Shown here one piece after another: positions 1 through 9,085 of a stretch of 43,239 nt of DNA. The notes below the pieces were generated by a model. The model had not been told where the DNA came from, did not search any database, and was given only the letters and a program-made list of their open reading frames with translations. Within the stretch, counting starts at the first letter, position 1, and each line of letters begins with the position of its first letter. Source of the stretch: Jannaschia sp. (GTDB taxonomy: Bacteria; Pseudomonadota; Alphaproteobacteria; Rhodobacterales; Rhodobacteraceae); the NCBI GenBank assembly GCA_049647445.1, contig JBARXR010000174.1, forward strand, positions 1-43,239, written 5' to 3'. A program made the position numbers and the translations under genes.

Positions 1-3
1 CTT

Positions 4-3000
4 TCAATGGAAATCCCTTGATTTTGGAATGATTTGAACGTTCCGGGGATGACGGGAGGTGTGTTCGGGGACCGGACGGACCACTTCGTCGGCGCGGGCC
101 AGGGCCGGGGCAAGCTCATCCTCCGACAAGCGCATCAGGGCATCGTTGCGGTCCACGATGTCCTGCGCGACCACGTGGATGACGGCCTCGTCAAACTGCA
201 CGTAGCCATGGATCGCCATCAGGCGCGCGCCCATGATCGCCTTGCGGTGCCGTTTGAACATATCAGGCCAGATCACCACGTTCACGACGCCCGCCTCATC
301 CTCCAGCGTGACGAAGCAGACGCCCTTGGCGCTGCCGGGCCGCTGCCGGATCAGGACAAGCCCCGCGACGGAGACCTTCTGGTTGAAGGACAGGCTACGC
401 AACCGGTCGGACCGTGTATAGCCGCCCCGCGCCATCGCGCGCCGCATGAAGGCGACGGGATGCGCCTTCAGGGACAGGCGCGCGGTCTGGTAGTCGGCCA
501 CCACCTGTTCGCGCAGCGGCATGGCGGGCAGGATATGCACCGGATCTTCTCCCACGTCGGGGGCCGCACCGTGCGTGAACAGCGGCAGGTCCGGCCCCGA
601 CCGGATCGCCTTGGCATCCCAGAGCGCTTGCCTGCGGTCCATCCCGCAGGACCGGAAGGCATCGGCAGAGGCCAGTTGCTCACATCCGCGCTTGGAAATG
701 CGGGTGCGGCGGCGCAGCTCCTCGACTCCCTCGAACGGCATGTCGCGGGCCGTCATCAGGCGCTGCGCTTCCTCTTCCTTGAAGCCCGAGACTTGCCGGA
801 AGCCAAGACGCAAGGCGTGGCCGGTGCCGTCCGGTTCCAGCGTGTTGTCCCAGTCGGAATAATTCACGTCCACCGGCAGCACCGTGACGCCCGACCGTCG
901 CGCCATGTCCACGATCTGTGCGGGGGCATAGAAGCCCATGGGCTGGGAGTTGAGGAGGGCACAGGCGAAGACGTCCGGACGGTGGCATTTCATCCAGCTG
1001 GAGACATAGACGAGGTGGGCAAAGCTGGCGGCGTGGCTCTCCGGGAAGCCGTATTCGCCGAAGCCTTCGATCTGGCTGAAGCACCGCGCGGCAAAGTCGG
1101 GATCATAGCCGCGCTGCACCATGCGCCCAACCATCCGGGCCTTGTGGTCGCTGACCTGTCCCTTGGCGCGGAAGGTTGCCATGGCCTTGCGCAACTGGTT
1201 CGCCTCGCCGCCCGAAAACTCGGCCGCGACGATGGCGATCTTCATCGCCTGTTCCTGAAAGATCGGCACGCCGAGGGTGCGGCCAAGGATATTCCTGAGC
1301 TCATCCGGCGGACCGAACTCCGGTCCCGGCTTGGGGTATTCGATGGCTTCGCCGGAGCGGCGGCGCTTGAGATAGGGATGCACCATGTCGCCCTGGATGG
1401 GACCGGGACGGACGATGGCGACCTGAATGACCAGGTCGTAGAACTCGCGCGGCTTGAGCTTGGGCAGCATCGCCATCTGCGCCCGGCTTTCCACCTGAAA
1501 CACCCCGAGGCTGTCGCCCTTCTGGAGCATTTCGTACGTCGCCGCGTCCTCCTTTGGCACCGTCGCCAGATCAAGGTCCTGCCCATAGTGCGCCCGCATC
1601 AGGTCGAACCCCTTGCGAATGCAGGTCAGCATCCCGAGGGCCAGAACGTCGATCTTGAAGATCCCGAGCGCATCGATGTCATCCTTGTCCCATTCGATGA
1701 AACTGCGATCAGGCATGGCGCCGTTGCCGATGGGCACGGTCGAGGTCAGCGGATGTTCGGTCAGGATGAAACCGCCGACATGCTGCCCCAGATGACGGGG
1801 CATCCCGATCAGCTGGTCGGTCAGGGCTATCACGCGGCGGATGTGCGGATCGGCCATGTTCACCCCGCTCTCGCCCAGGTGCATGTCGTCGACCGACCCG
1901 CCCCAGGAGCCCCAGACGGTCTTTGCCATCGCCGTCGTGATGTCTTCGGACAGGCCCATGACCTTGCCCACCTCGCGCACGGCCATGCGCGGGCGATAAT
2001 GGATGACGGTGGCGCAAAGACCCGCGTGGGCGCGACCATAGCGGTTATAGATGTTCTGGATGACTTCCTCGCGTCGCTCGTGTTCGAAATCGACGTCGAT
2101 GTCGGGCGGCTCGTCCCGCGCCTCGGACAGGAAGCGATCGAACAGGACATCGTGCTTGTCAGGGTCGACGGAGGTGATTCCGAGGACGAAGCAGACCGCC
2201 GAATTCGCCGCCGACCCACGCCCCTGACACAGGATTCCCTGCGACCGCGCGAAGGTGACGATCTCGTGGATGGTGATGAAATACCGGGGCAGTTCCTTCC
2301 ACGCTATGAAGGCCAACTCCTTTTCTATGGTGGCACGTACGTGGCCGGGTACGCCGTCCGGATAGCGCCGCGCGGCCCCTTCCTCGGTCAGGATGCGCAG
2401 GTGTTCATCGGCGGTGCGCCCGGCGGGGACGTCATCCTCGGGGTATTCGTATTTCAACTCATCGAGGGTGAAATTCAATCGATCCGCGATGGCTACGCTT
2501 TCGCGGATTGCATGGGGCCAGCGGTCGAACAGACGGATCATCTCGGAGGGTGATTTGAGGTGCCGCTCGGCGTTGGCGTGCAAAAGGAAACCTGCGTCCG
2601 CGAGTTTCACCTTTTCGCGGATGCAGGTCATCACGTCCTGCAACGGACGACGGTCGGGTGCGTGATAATGCACGTCGTTGGTCGCGACGAGACGCAGGCC
2701 ATGGGCGCGCGCCAGCCGGTCGAGCCGTGCGATCCGTGCATGGTCATCGCCGCGGAAATGATGGGCGGCGGCGATATGGCCGAGGTTTGGCAGGCGTGCG
2801 GTCAGGCGTGGCAAGTCGGCCTCGAAAACGGCGATATTCTCGGGAGGCACGGCGATCAGGACGGTGCCCTCCTGCCGGGCGGCCAGATCCGCGAGGGAAA
2901 TATCGCAACGGCCCTTCGCCTGCCATTCTCCGTCCAGCCCGTGCATCCGCCCCTTGGAGATCAGATCACACAGCCGCCCGTAGGCGATGCGGTTGGTCGG

Positions 3001-3306
3001 ATAGGCAAGGAATTCGGCCCCGCAGGCAAGGATCAGGCGGGTGCCGATCAGGGGCGTCATGCGGGCGGTTCTTGCCTCGACATGCACGCGCACGACCCCG
3101 GCCATTGAATTGCGGTCGGCGATCCCGATGCGGTCGTAACCCATGGCTTGTGCGGTCGTGACCAGATCAACGGCATCCGAGGCCCCGTGGAGGAAAGAAA
3201 AACATGACGTCACACCCAGCTCCACGAAAGGCGCGGGCGGATTGCGCGTGAACACCTGCTTGGGATCCAGCGTGCGTTTGTCCGGGGTCAGCGGCGCGTC
3301 GGGCAT
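4..3306 (-). CDS. dnaE2: Error-prone DNA polymerase III alpha subunit (ImuC/DnaE2)
   Basis: 1100 aa. N-terminal PHP domain (SCFSFLHGASD), GRGSAANS, PPDIDVDFEH, GFPESHAASF and the C-terminal SRDFH motif typical of DnaE2. Lies downstream of imuA-imuB. Confidence 0.96.
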   Translation of the reverse strand: MPDAPLTPDKRTLDPKQVFTRNPPAPFVELGVTSCFSFLHGASDAVDLVTTAQAMGYDRIGIADRNSMAGVVRVHVEARTARMTPLIGTRLILACGAEFLAYPTNRIAYGRLCDLISKGRMHGLDGEWQAKGRCDISLADLAARQEGTVLIAVPPENIAVFEADLPRLTARLPNLGHIAAAHHFRGDDHARIARLDRLARAHGLRLVATNDVHYHAPDRRPLQDVMTCIREKVKLADAGFLLHANAERHLKSPSEMIRLFDRWPHAIRESVAIADRLNFTLDELKYEYPEDDVPAGRTADEHLRILTEEGAARRYPDGVPGHVRATIEKELAFIAWKELPRYFITIHEIVTFARSQGILCQGRGSAANSAVCFVLGITSVDPDKHDVLFDRFLSEARDEPPDIDVDFEHERREEVIQNIYNRYGRAHAGLCATVIHYRPRMAVREVGKVMGLSEDITTAMAKTVWGSWGGSVDDMHLGESGVNMADPHIRRVIALTDQLIGMPRHLGQHVGGFILTEHPLTSTVPIGNGAMPDRSFIEWDKDDIDALGIFKIDVLALGMLTCIRKGFDLMRAHYGQDLDLATVPKEDAATYEMLQKGDSLGVFQVESRAQMAMLPKLKPREFYDLVIQVAIVRPGPIQGDMVHPYLKRRRSGEAIEYPKPGPEFGPPDELRNILGRTLGVPIFQEQAMKIAIVAAEFSGGEANQLRKAMATFRAKGQVSDHKARMVGRMVQRGYDPDFAARCFSQIEGFGEYGFPESHAASFAHLVYVSSWMKCHRPDVFACALLNSQPMGFYAPAQIVDMARRSGVTVLPVDVNYSDWDNTLEPDGTGHALRLGFRQVSGFKEEEAQRLMTARDMPFEGVEELRRRTRISKRGCEQLASADAFRSCGMDRRQALWDAKAIRSGPDLPLFTHGAAPDVGEDPVHILPAMPLREQVVADYQTARLSLKAHPVAFMRRAMARGGYTRSDRLRSLSFNQKVSVAGLVLIRQRPGSAKGVCFVTLEDEAGVVNVVIWPDMFKRHRKAIMGARLMAIHGYVQFDEAVIHVVAQDIVDRNDALMRLSEDELAPALARADEVVRPVPEHTSRHPRNVQIIPKSRDFH

Positions 3307-3317
3307 GTGACCGCGCG

Positions 3318-3538
3318 CCGGGGGCTGGCCCCCGGACCCCCAAGGTATTTCCGGTCAGAGGAAGACGAGGCCGAACGGGGTAACCGTCCATTAAGGTCAA
3401 CGCGCCATGCTGGCGACGCGGAACAGGCTGAGGAGCCGATGACCGTGTCAGGGGAAGGCGCCCCGTTGCCCGTGCCGCCAAGCTGATGCCGGGTGCGGGG
3501 CGTCCGAACCATTGGTCTTCCTCTGACCTGAAATACCT
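3318..3538. repeat. REP/MITE-like element: 24-bp inverted repeats plus a GC hairpin
   Basis: AGGTATTTCCGGTCAGAGGAAGAC (3343-3366) and GTCTTCCTCTGACCTGAAATACCT (3515-3538) are inverted with 1 mismatch. Hairpin CCGGGGGC-TG-GCCCCCGG at 3318-3335. Confidence 0.75.
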
Positions 3539-3592
3539 CTGCCGGAGGCTCCGACGAAAGCCAGGACCACGGTCGGTGACTTGGGTGCACCC

Positions 3593-5197
3593 TCATCCGA
3601 ACAGCCCGTGCAGGAACCAGTCAGGATCGCCGCCGCGACCGTCGCCGGCGATGCCTTCGCGGAACAGCCAGTAGCGGGCCCCGTCCGAGACCTCCACCTT
3701 GTAGTAGTCGCGCAGGCGGGCATGGGCGGGCGCATGCCACCATTCGGGAGCGATGCGCTCTGGACCCTGGTGACGGCGGATCAGGTAAGGTCTGCGCCGC
3801 CACTTGAAGCGAACCGGCGGGCCTTCGGGAACGGCGTAGAGGACCTCGATCCGCTCCGGCGTCTGCAACATGCGCAGGGGGCGGTCGCGGGGCGGGGCCG
3901 TCATTCCGCCGCCGCCAAGGCCACCGGGGGCCAAGAGGTCGGCGCGCTTGCCACGCGCCAGGGCGGGCATCCAGATCTCCGCGCGCTCGGGGAGATGACT
4001 TTCGCGCGGCTCGGATCGCTGCACGGCCTGCGGACCGACGCGGGCCGAGAGACGATCGATCAGGGTAGAGATGGCCAGATCGGCATCGTCGCCCCCGTCG
4101 AGGCGGGCCTGCGCCTCGGTCTGGGGTTCGATGCGCGTAGCCTCTACCGCGAGCGTGTCGAAGCCGAAGCCTGCGTCCAGGCAGTCGAAGCGCTTTTCCA
4201 GCAGGCGGCGCAGATGCGCGGGATCGCGGGTGGCACGGGCGGTCAGCGCCTCGAACCGGGTCACGTCGCCGTCCACCCGGTAGAGATCGAGACGGATCGC
4301 ACGTGCGCCGTGCCCCGCGCGGGCAAGGTCGTTGCACAGGGTCTGCAACAAGCCGGGCAACCAGGGCTGCGGATCCATCACCGGTTCGGGCAGGCGTTGC
4401 AGCGCGCGAAATCGCTGGGGCGGCGGCGGGCTGACCACGGGTTCGGGGAGATGACCAAGGGCCTGGTCGAGACGTCGCAGCGGGGTCATCAGCGCACGGC
4501 CGTCCCGCCCGAAGCGGCGCTCCAGCGTGGCGCGCGGGATCAGCATGAGGTCGCCGATACGCTTGAGGCCAAGGCGGCGCAGCGTCAGCAGGGTCACCCC
4601 GTCAAGCCGCAGCGCGGCCACCGGCAGCATCGCGAGACGGGCACGCAGGGCATCGGCGGTACAGACCTCGGACCCTGCTCCATGGCGGGAGAGCGCCCAG
4701 GCGGCCCCATGGGTCGGGGCGATGGCCAGGCGCACCGCCTGCCCCAGGTCACCGAGGCGCGACTCCATGTCCGCCAGCAGGGCCACTTCGCCCCCCCAGA
4801 GATGGGCGGAACCGGTGATGTCGAGCACAAGCCCCTCGGCCCCATCGGTCGCCGACCATGGACACCAGCGCCGGGACCAGAGCGTCAATCGCCCGAGCGC
4901 CGCCGCATCCCCAGCCAGATCGGCGGGCAGGGCCACGAGTTCGGGACACAAGCTGCGGATATCGACGACACGCGCCCCACGCGCCGCACCCATTGCGGTG
5001 GCGGCGTCATTGGCGGCATGGATCACGGGGCCATGCTGTCCTTCAGCGGTAAGGGCAAGGGGCGTGTCGGGCGCGTGGTCGGGCGTGGGATCATCCCACG
5101 GCGCGGGTGTCGGGCGGGGCCTGTTCGCCTGCGCCCTCTCCCACCGCGCCATCGCGAAGCGGGGCAACCAGATACAAGCGATGCGCCGCCCGGTCAT
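3593..5197 (-). CDS. imuB: Y-family polymerase-like protein ImuB
   Basis: Starts MTGRRIACIWLPRF, has LVLDITGSAHLWGGE and C-terminal GPERIAPEWW / RDYYKVE / WFLHGLFG. Start taken at the ATG at 5197, which overlaps the end of imuA. Confidence 0.93.
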   Translation of the reverse strand: MTGRRIACIWLPRFAMARWERAQANRPRPTPAPWDDPTPDHAPDTPLALTAEGQHGPVIHAANDAATAMGAARGARVVDIRSLCPELVALPADLAGDAAALGRLTLWSRRWCPWSATDGAEGLVLDITGSAHLWGGEVALLADMESRLGDLGQAVRLAIAPTHGAAWALSRHGAGSEVCTADALRARLAMLPVAALRLDGVTLLTLRRLGLKRIGDLMLIPRATLERRFGRDGRALMTPLRRLDQALGHLPEPVVSPPPPQRFRALQRLPEPVMDPQPWLPGLLQTLCNDLARAGHGARAIRLDLYRVDGDVTRFEALTARATRDPAHLRRLLEKRFDCLDAGFGFDTLAVEATRIEPQTEAQARLDGGDDADLAISTLIDRLSARVGPQAVQRSEPRESHLPERAEIWMPALARGKRADLLAPGGLGGGGMTAPPRDRPLRMLQTPERIEVLYAVPEGPPVRFKWRRRPYLIRRHQGPERIAPEWWHAPAHARLRDYYKVEVSDGARYWLFREGIAGDGRGGDPDWFLHGLFG

Positions 5198-5786
5198 GCT
5201 CGGCCACCCATGTGCCGGGTCGGGTGCGGCGCGACCGGAACAGCTCCGCCATCCATTGCGCGGCCCCCGGTGCACGTGGGTCGAGCGTGTTGGTGGAGGA
5301 CGGTGCGGACTCCACGCGCCAGCGGTCGGGCGCGACCGAGAGAGCGGGCTCTGAATCCGGACGAAGCAGCCAGAGCGGAACGCCGGAGCGCCCCGACCGC
5401 AGCGCCAGACGTTTGGTCGCGGTAAAGTCGAGCACCTTGGGCGAGCCCCAGATCTCTCCGATGACGGCGGATAGTGCGGCGCATTCCAATCCCTCCTCCA
5501 TCGCCCAGAGAGCCTCGGCAGCAGTGCGCGCCGCGACCCTCAGGATGGGCATGTCCAGCCCCGTGACCCCTGCGATGCCCCGCGCATAGGGCAGCCCGCC
5601 TTCCTGTGCGGCACGCCGGTCCTGCACCCACAGGATCGGTCCGCCCTGCCGCCCCAAGGCGTCGAGCTGGGCCAGAACCATGCCCGTCGCCGCCCCGTCC
5701 CGCGACGTCGAGAAGGTCTCGGTCACCTCGGGACGGGGCGTATCCGGTTTGGGCAGCACGGCAGGACAGTCCGGGAATCGATTCAA
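5091..5786 (-). CDS. imuA: ImuA (RecA/SulA-like SOS mutagenesis protein)
   Basis: ALWAMEEGLEC, LDFTATKRLALR, RWRVESAPS and W-x-AELFRSR motifs; first gene of the cassette. Start is uncertain (TTG 5786 or GTG 5759); the ORF-track start at 5849 lies upstream of the LexA box. Confidence 0.85.
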   Translation of the reverse strand: MNRFPDCPAVLPKPDTPRPEVTETFSTSRDGAATGMVLAQLDALGRQGGPILWVQDRRAAQEGGLPYARGIAGVTGLDMPILRVAARTAAEALWAMEEGLECAALSAVIGEIWGSPKVLDFTATKRLALRSGRSGVPLWLLRPDSEPALSVAPDRWRVESAPSSTNTLDPRAPGAAQWMAELFRSRRTRPGTWVAEHDRAAHRLYLVAPLRDGAVGEGAGEQAPPDTRAVG

Positions 5787-5788
5787 AT

Positions 5789-5803
5789 GTTCATGTAATG
5801 TTC
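5789..5803. promoter_or_regulatory. Alphaproteobacterial LexA (SOS) box
   Basis: GTTC-ATGTAAT-GTTC is an exact GTTC-N7-GTTC directly upstream of imuA. Confidence 0.9.
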
Positions 5804-5817
5804 TCAAATTTTCGATG

Positions 5818-5850
5818 CTTGTCGAGTCCCCTTCTGAGGGGCTCGACAAG
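5818..5850 (-). terminator. Stem-loop after znuA, probable terminator
   Basis: CTTGTCGAGTCCCC-TTCTGA-GGGGCTCGACAAG, about 12 nt past the znuA stop. No strong U-tract. Confidence 0.6.
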
Positions 5851-5861
5851 CGGAAACCGGA

Positions 5862-6863
5862 TCAGCGGGTCAGGCAACCTGTCATGTCGACGGCCAAGCC
5901 CTTGATGAAGTTCGGGTAAAAGTCCGGTCCGGGAGCCACCGACAGACCAATCGGATCCAGGACGGAAATTTCCGCGTCACTGTCCTCGATCACCGCTCCG
6001 GCCAGGCCGGGATCGAACTGCGGCTCGGAGAACAGACAGACGATGCCGTCCGTGACGACACGGTCCCGCAACGCGGCCAGACTCGCGGCACCGGGGGAGG
6101 TGGCGTCGCCCAGGCGCACGGACCCGGAGGAGGGAACGTCGAACCGTTCCTCGAAATATCCGTAGGCGTCGTGGAATGTCAGGAACGCGCGGTCCTTCGC
6201 GGGGGCGATCAGGCTCTCGGCCTCGGTCGTCGCGACGGCGATTTCCGCTTGTCCGGCAGCGGCGTTCGCACGGTAGGTGCCGGCGTTCTCCGGATCGAGT
6301 TCGGCCAGCGCCTCGGCCAGCGCCCCAAGCCAGAGTGCACCGTTGTCGGGGTCGAGCCAGGCATGCGGATCGGTGCCGCCTGCGTGGTCATGTTCATCCG
6401 CATGATCCTCGTCCCCGCCAGAGTGAATCTGATCCGCGTGGGCCTCCCCATCGTGATCGTGACCCGCGTACTCCGCGTGATCTTCCTCCACGGTATGACC
6501 GTCGCCATGCGCGTCCGCGTGGTCGCCGCCGAACGACAACAGGTGCGTTCCCGCCACGGCAAGGAGCCGCAGCGATTTGGCGTCAGCGGCAAGGGTAGCA
6601 ACCGCGTCTTCCAGCCACGGCGTCAGGTCCGGTCCGACCCAGACGATCAGATCCGCCTGTTCCAGGGCACGGGCTTCGGACGGGCGCATCGCATAGCCAT
6701 GCGGTGAGGCATTCGGCGGCACAACGAGCACGGGCTCCCCGATGCCAGCCATGACACGGGATACGAGGCCGTGAACCGGAAGAATATCGGTGGCGACGCG
6801 AGGCACGTCCGCCACGGCAGGCCCGGCGAGAATGGCCGAAAGAAGAAAGATGCGAGTCAACAT
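5862..6863 (-). CDS. znuA: Zinc ABC transporter periplasmic binding protein
   Basis: Signal peptide (MLTRIFLLSAILAGPAVA), SPHGYAMRPS, His/Asp-rich loop, DPHAWLDP, FHDAYGYF. Start set at ATG 6863. Confidence 0.93.
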   Translation of the reverse strand: MLTRIFLLSAILAGPAVADVPRVATDILPVHGLVSRVMAGIGEPVLVVPPNASPHGYAMRPSEARALEQADLIVWVGPDLTPWLEDAVATLAADAKSLRLLAVAGTHLLSFGGDHADAHGDGHTVEEDHAEYAGHDHDGEAHADQIHSGGDEDHADEHDHAGGTDPHAWLDPDNGALWLGALAEALAELDPENAGTYRANAAAGQAEIAVATTEAESLIAPAKDRAFLTFHDAYGYFEERFDVPSSGSVRLGDATSPGAASLAALRDRVVTDGIVCLFSEPQFDPGLAGAVIEDSDAEISVLDPIGLSVAPGPDFYPNFIKGLAVDMTGCLTR

Positions 6864-6875
6864 GCGGGACTTGAT

Positions 6876-6897
6876 AGATGTGATATTATAACATATC
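6876..6897. promoter_or_regulatory. Zur box in the divergent znuA/zur promoter
   Basis: Near-palindrome ATGTGATATTATAACAT (6878-6894) matches the proteobacterial Zur consensus and overlaps TATAAT on the minus strand (6885-6890). Confidence 0.85.
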
Positions 6898-6905
6898 AAC
6901 CCACC

Positions 6906-7373
6906 ATGACACTAGGCTTCGACCCCCACGACCACTCCCATTGCATCCGCGATGCGGTTGCCGCCGCCGATTCACAATGCGCCGCCAAGGGCCTGCACCT
7001 GACCCCCGTGCGCCGCCGGGTGCTGGAAGTTCTGCTGGCACGCCATCAGGCGATGGGAGCCTATGATATCCTCGACATCTTGCGGACCGAGGGCCTCGGC
7101 TCACAACCCCCCGTCGCTTACCGCGCACTGGAGTTCCTGACGCGCAACGGCTTTGCCCATCGCATCGAGCGGTTGAACGCTTTCGTCGCCTGCACGCATC
7201 CCGATGGCGCGCACGATCCTGCGTTTCTGATCTGCCGCAAATGCGATGCCGTGGCCGAGACCGAAGCGGATGCCCGCATCGGGTCCGCCGCCTCGAAAAC
7301 GGGGTTTCAAGTCGAGGAAGCGGTGATCGAAATGCAGGGTCTCTGCCCCAATTGCCAGGACGACACGCAATGA
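6906..7373 (+). CDS. zur: Zinc uptake regulator (Fur family)
   Basis: HDHSHC N-terminus, LTPVRRRVLE, PPVAYRALEFL, and two CxxC pairs (CRKC, CPNC). Confidence 0.92.
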   Translation: MTLGFDPHDHSHCIRDAVAAADSQCAAKGLHLTPVRRRVLEVLLARHQAMGAYDILDILRTEGLGSQPPVAYRALEFLTRNGFAHRIERLNAFVACTHPDGAHDPAFLICRKCDAVAETEADARIGSAASKTGFQVEEAVIEMQGLCPNCQDDTQ

Positions 7374-8131
7374 CCGCACCCTTGGTCGAGATGCAGGCCC
7401 TGACTATCCGGCAGGGGGGGCAGACGATCCTTCACGACGTCTCCCTGACGCTGATGCCCGGGGAAATCGTCACGATCGTGGGTCCGAACGGGTCTGGCAA
7501 ATCCACCCTGTTGCGCGCGCTGATCGGGGCGATCCGACCCGCAAGCGGTCGGGTTACGCGGCGCGCCAACCTGCGTATCGGCTATGTGCCCCAGAAACTT
7601 GTCATCGATCGGTCCATGCCCCTGACCGTAAGGCGTTTCCTGTGCCTGCCACGCAGCATTCCCGCACCGATTGCCGAGGCGGCGCTTCTCCGGGCCGGTG
7701 TCGGTTCCCTCGCCGACAAGCAGATGGCCGACCTGTCGGGCGGTCAGTTCCAGCGCGTCCTGCTGGCCCGCGGTCTTTTGTCCGAACCGCAGCTTCTGGT
7801 CCTCGATGAGCCGACGCAGGGGCTGGACCAACCCGGATCTGCGGCCTTCTACCGGCAAATCGAGGCGATCCGGCAGGAGTTGGGCTGTGCCGTCCTGATG
7901 GTCAGCCACGAGTTGCACGTGGTGATGGCCGCATCGGATCGTGTGATTTGCCTCAACGGCCACGTTTGTTGCGAGGGACACCCGGAACAGGTCGCCTCGG
8001 CGCCGGAATATCGCGCCCTGTTCGGCACCGGGACACAAGGTGCACTGGCTCTCTACCGCCATGAACACGGCCATTCGCATGATCATGGCCACCCCGATGG
8101 CCATCGGCACGAACATGAGACGGCGGAATGA
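7370..8131 (+). CDS. znuC: Zinc ABC transporter ATPase
   Basis: Walker A GPNGSGKST, LSGGQFQR, LDEPTQG, CLNGHVCCEGHP and a His-rich tail. ATGA overlap with zur. Confidence 0.93.
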   Translation: MTAPLVEMQALTIRQGGQTILHDVSLTLMPGEIVTIVGPNGSGKSTLLRALIGAIRPASGRVTRRANLRIGYVPQKLVIDRSMPLTVRRFLCLPRSIPAPIAEAALLRAGVGSLADKQMADLSGGQFQRVLLARGLLSEPQLLVLDEPTQGLDQPGSAAFYRQIEAIRQELGCAVLMVSHELHVVMAASDRVICLNGHVCCEGHPEQVASAPEYRALFGTGTQGALALYRHEHGHSHDHGHPDGHRHEHETAE

Positions 8132-8934
8132 ACCTGCTCGATAGCTTCCTTGCGCGCGCCACGCTTGCGGGCCTGGGCGTGGCACTGGCGGCGGGCCCGT
8201 TGGGATGTTTCGTCGTCTGGCGGCGCATGGCCTATTTCGGGGATGCGACCGCCCATGCGACGATCCTTGGCGTGGCGCTCGCCCTCGCTTTCTCGACCTC
8301 GGTCTTTGCCGGAGCTCTGGTCGTGGCCCTCGGAATGGCACTCACGATCACATTCCTGAGCGGGCGCGGCTATGCCACGGATACGCTGCTCGGGGTTCTG
8401 GCGCACTCGGCGCTTGGCTGCGGCCTGGTTGCGGTGTCGTTCCTTCCGGGCGTTCGTATCGACCTGATGGCGTATCTCTTCGGTGACATACTTGCCGTGG
8501 GCCGGGCCGATCTTCTGGTGATCTGGTCCGGCGCGGCCCTTGTGCTCGGGCTTCTTGCCTGGAGGTGGGACCGACTGCTTACGTCTACGCTGAACCCCGA
8601 TCTGGCACAGGCCAGCGGCATCGACCCGAAAACGGAACAGATGTTCCTGACCCTGGGGCTGGCCGTGGTGGTGGCGGTCGCGATCAAGGTTGTCGGAGCC
8701 CTGCTCATATCCGCGCTTCTGATCATCCCGGCCGCAGCGGCACGTCCCGTGTCGCGGACACCGGAAGGCATGGCTTTTTATGCGGCGGCACTCGGCGCGG
8801 TCGCTGCACTTGCCGGCATGGGATTGTCTTTCAGTCTCGACACGCCGACCGGACCGACAATCGTCTGCATCGCAGCGGCCAGCTTTGCCGTTTCGAACGG
8901 CATTGGATCGGTGTTTCGGTCAAGCCGGTCCTGA
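8128..8934 (+). CDS. znuB: Zinc ABC transporter permease
   Basis: GCFVVWRRMAYFGDATAHA, YLFGDILAV; hydrophobic multi-pass protein. Confidence 0.93.
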   Translation: MNLLDSFLARATLAGLGVALAAGPLGCFVVWRRMAYFGDATAHATILGVALALAFSTSVFAGALVVALGMALTITFLSGRGYATDTLLGVLAHSALGCGLVAVSFLPGVRIDLMAYLFGDILAVGRADLLVIWSGAALVLGLLAWRWDRLLTSTLNPDLAQASGIDPKTEQMFLTLGLAVVVAVAIKVVGALLISALLIIPAAAARPVSRTPEGMAFYAAALGAVAALAGMGLSFSLDTPTGPTIVCIAAASFAVSNGIGSVFRSSRS

Positions 8935-9029
8935 TTGATCCGATGCGGGCCCCGTTCAACCTGCTGAGGAGGCCCTACCCCGCACGATAAATCCATGCCG
9001 AAGATCCTTTCCACCACGGTACCCTCAAT

Positions 9030-9051
9030 CCGCCCGGATACCGCCGGGCGG
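9030..9051. terminator. GC hairpin between convergent znuB and nitH
   Basis: CCGCCCGG-ATACCG-CCGGGCGG, 8-bp stem. Confidence 0.4.
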
Positions 9052-9085
9052 GCCTGGCACGGGGACGCCGTAAATCGGGCCGTTC

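Noticed and set aside
34..5425. Long plus-strand ORFs (839 aa at 34-2553, 614 aa at 3581-5425)
   Set aside because: Antisense shadows of dnaE2 and imuB caused by GC-rich codon bias; no recognisable motifs.
6360..6530. Repetitive-looking His/Asp codon stretch in znuA, and the His-rich tail of znuC
   Set aside because: Normal metal-binding loops of Znu proteins, not DNA repeats.
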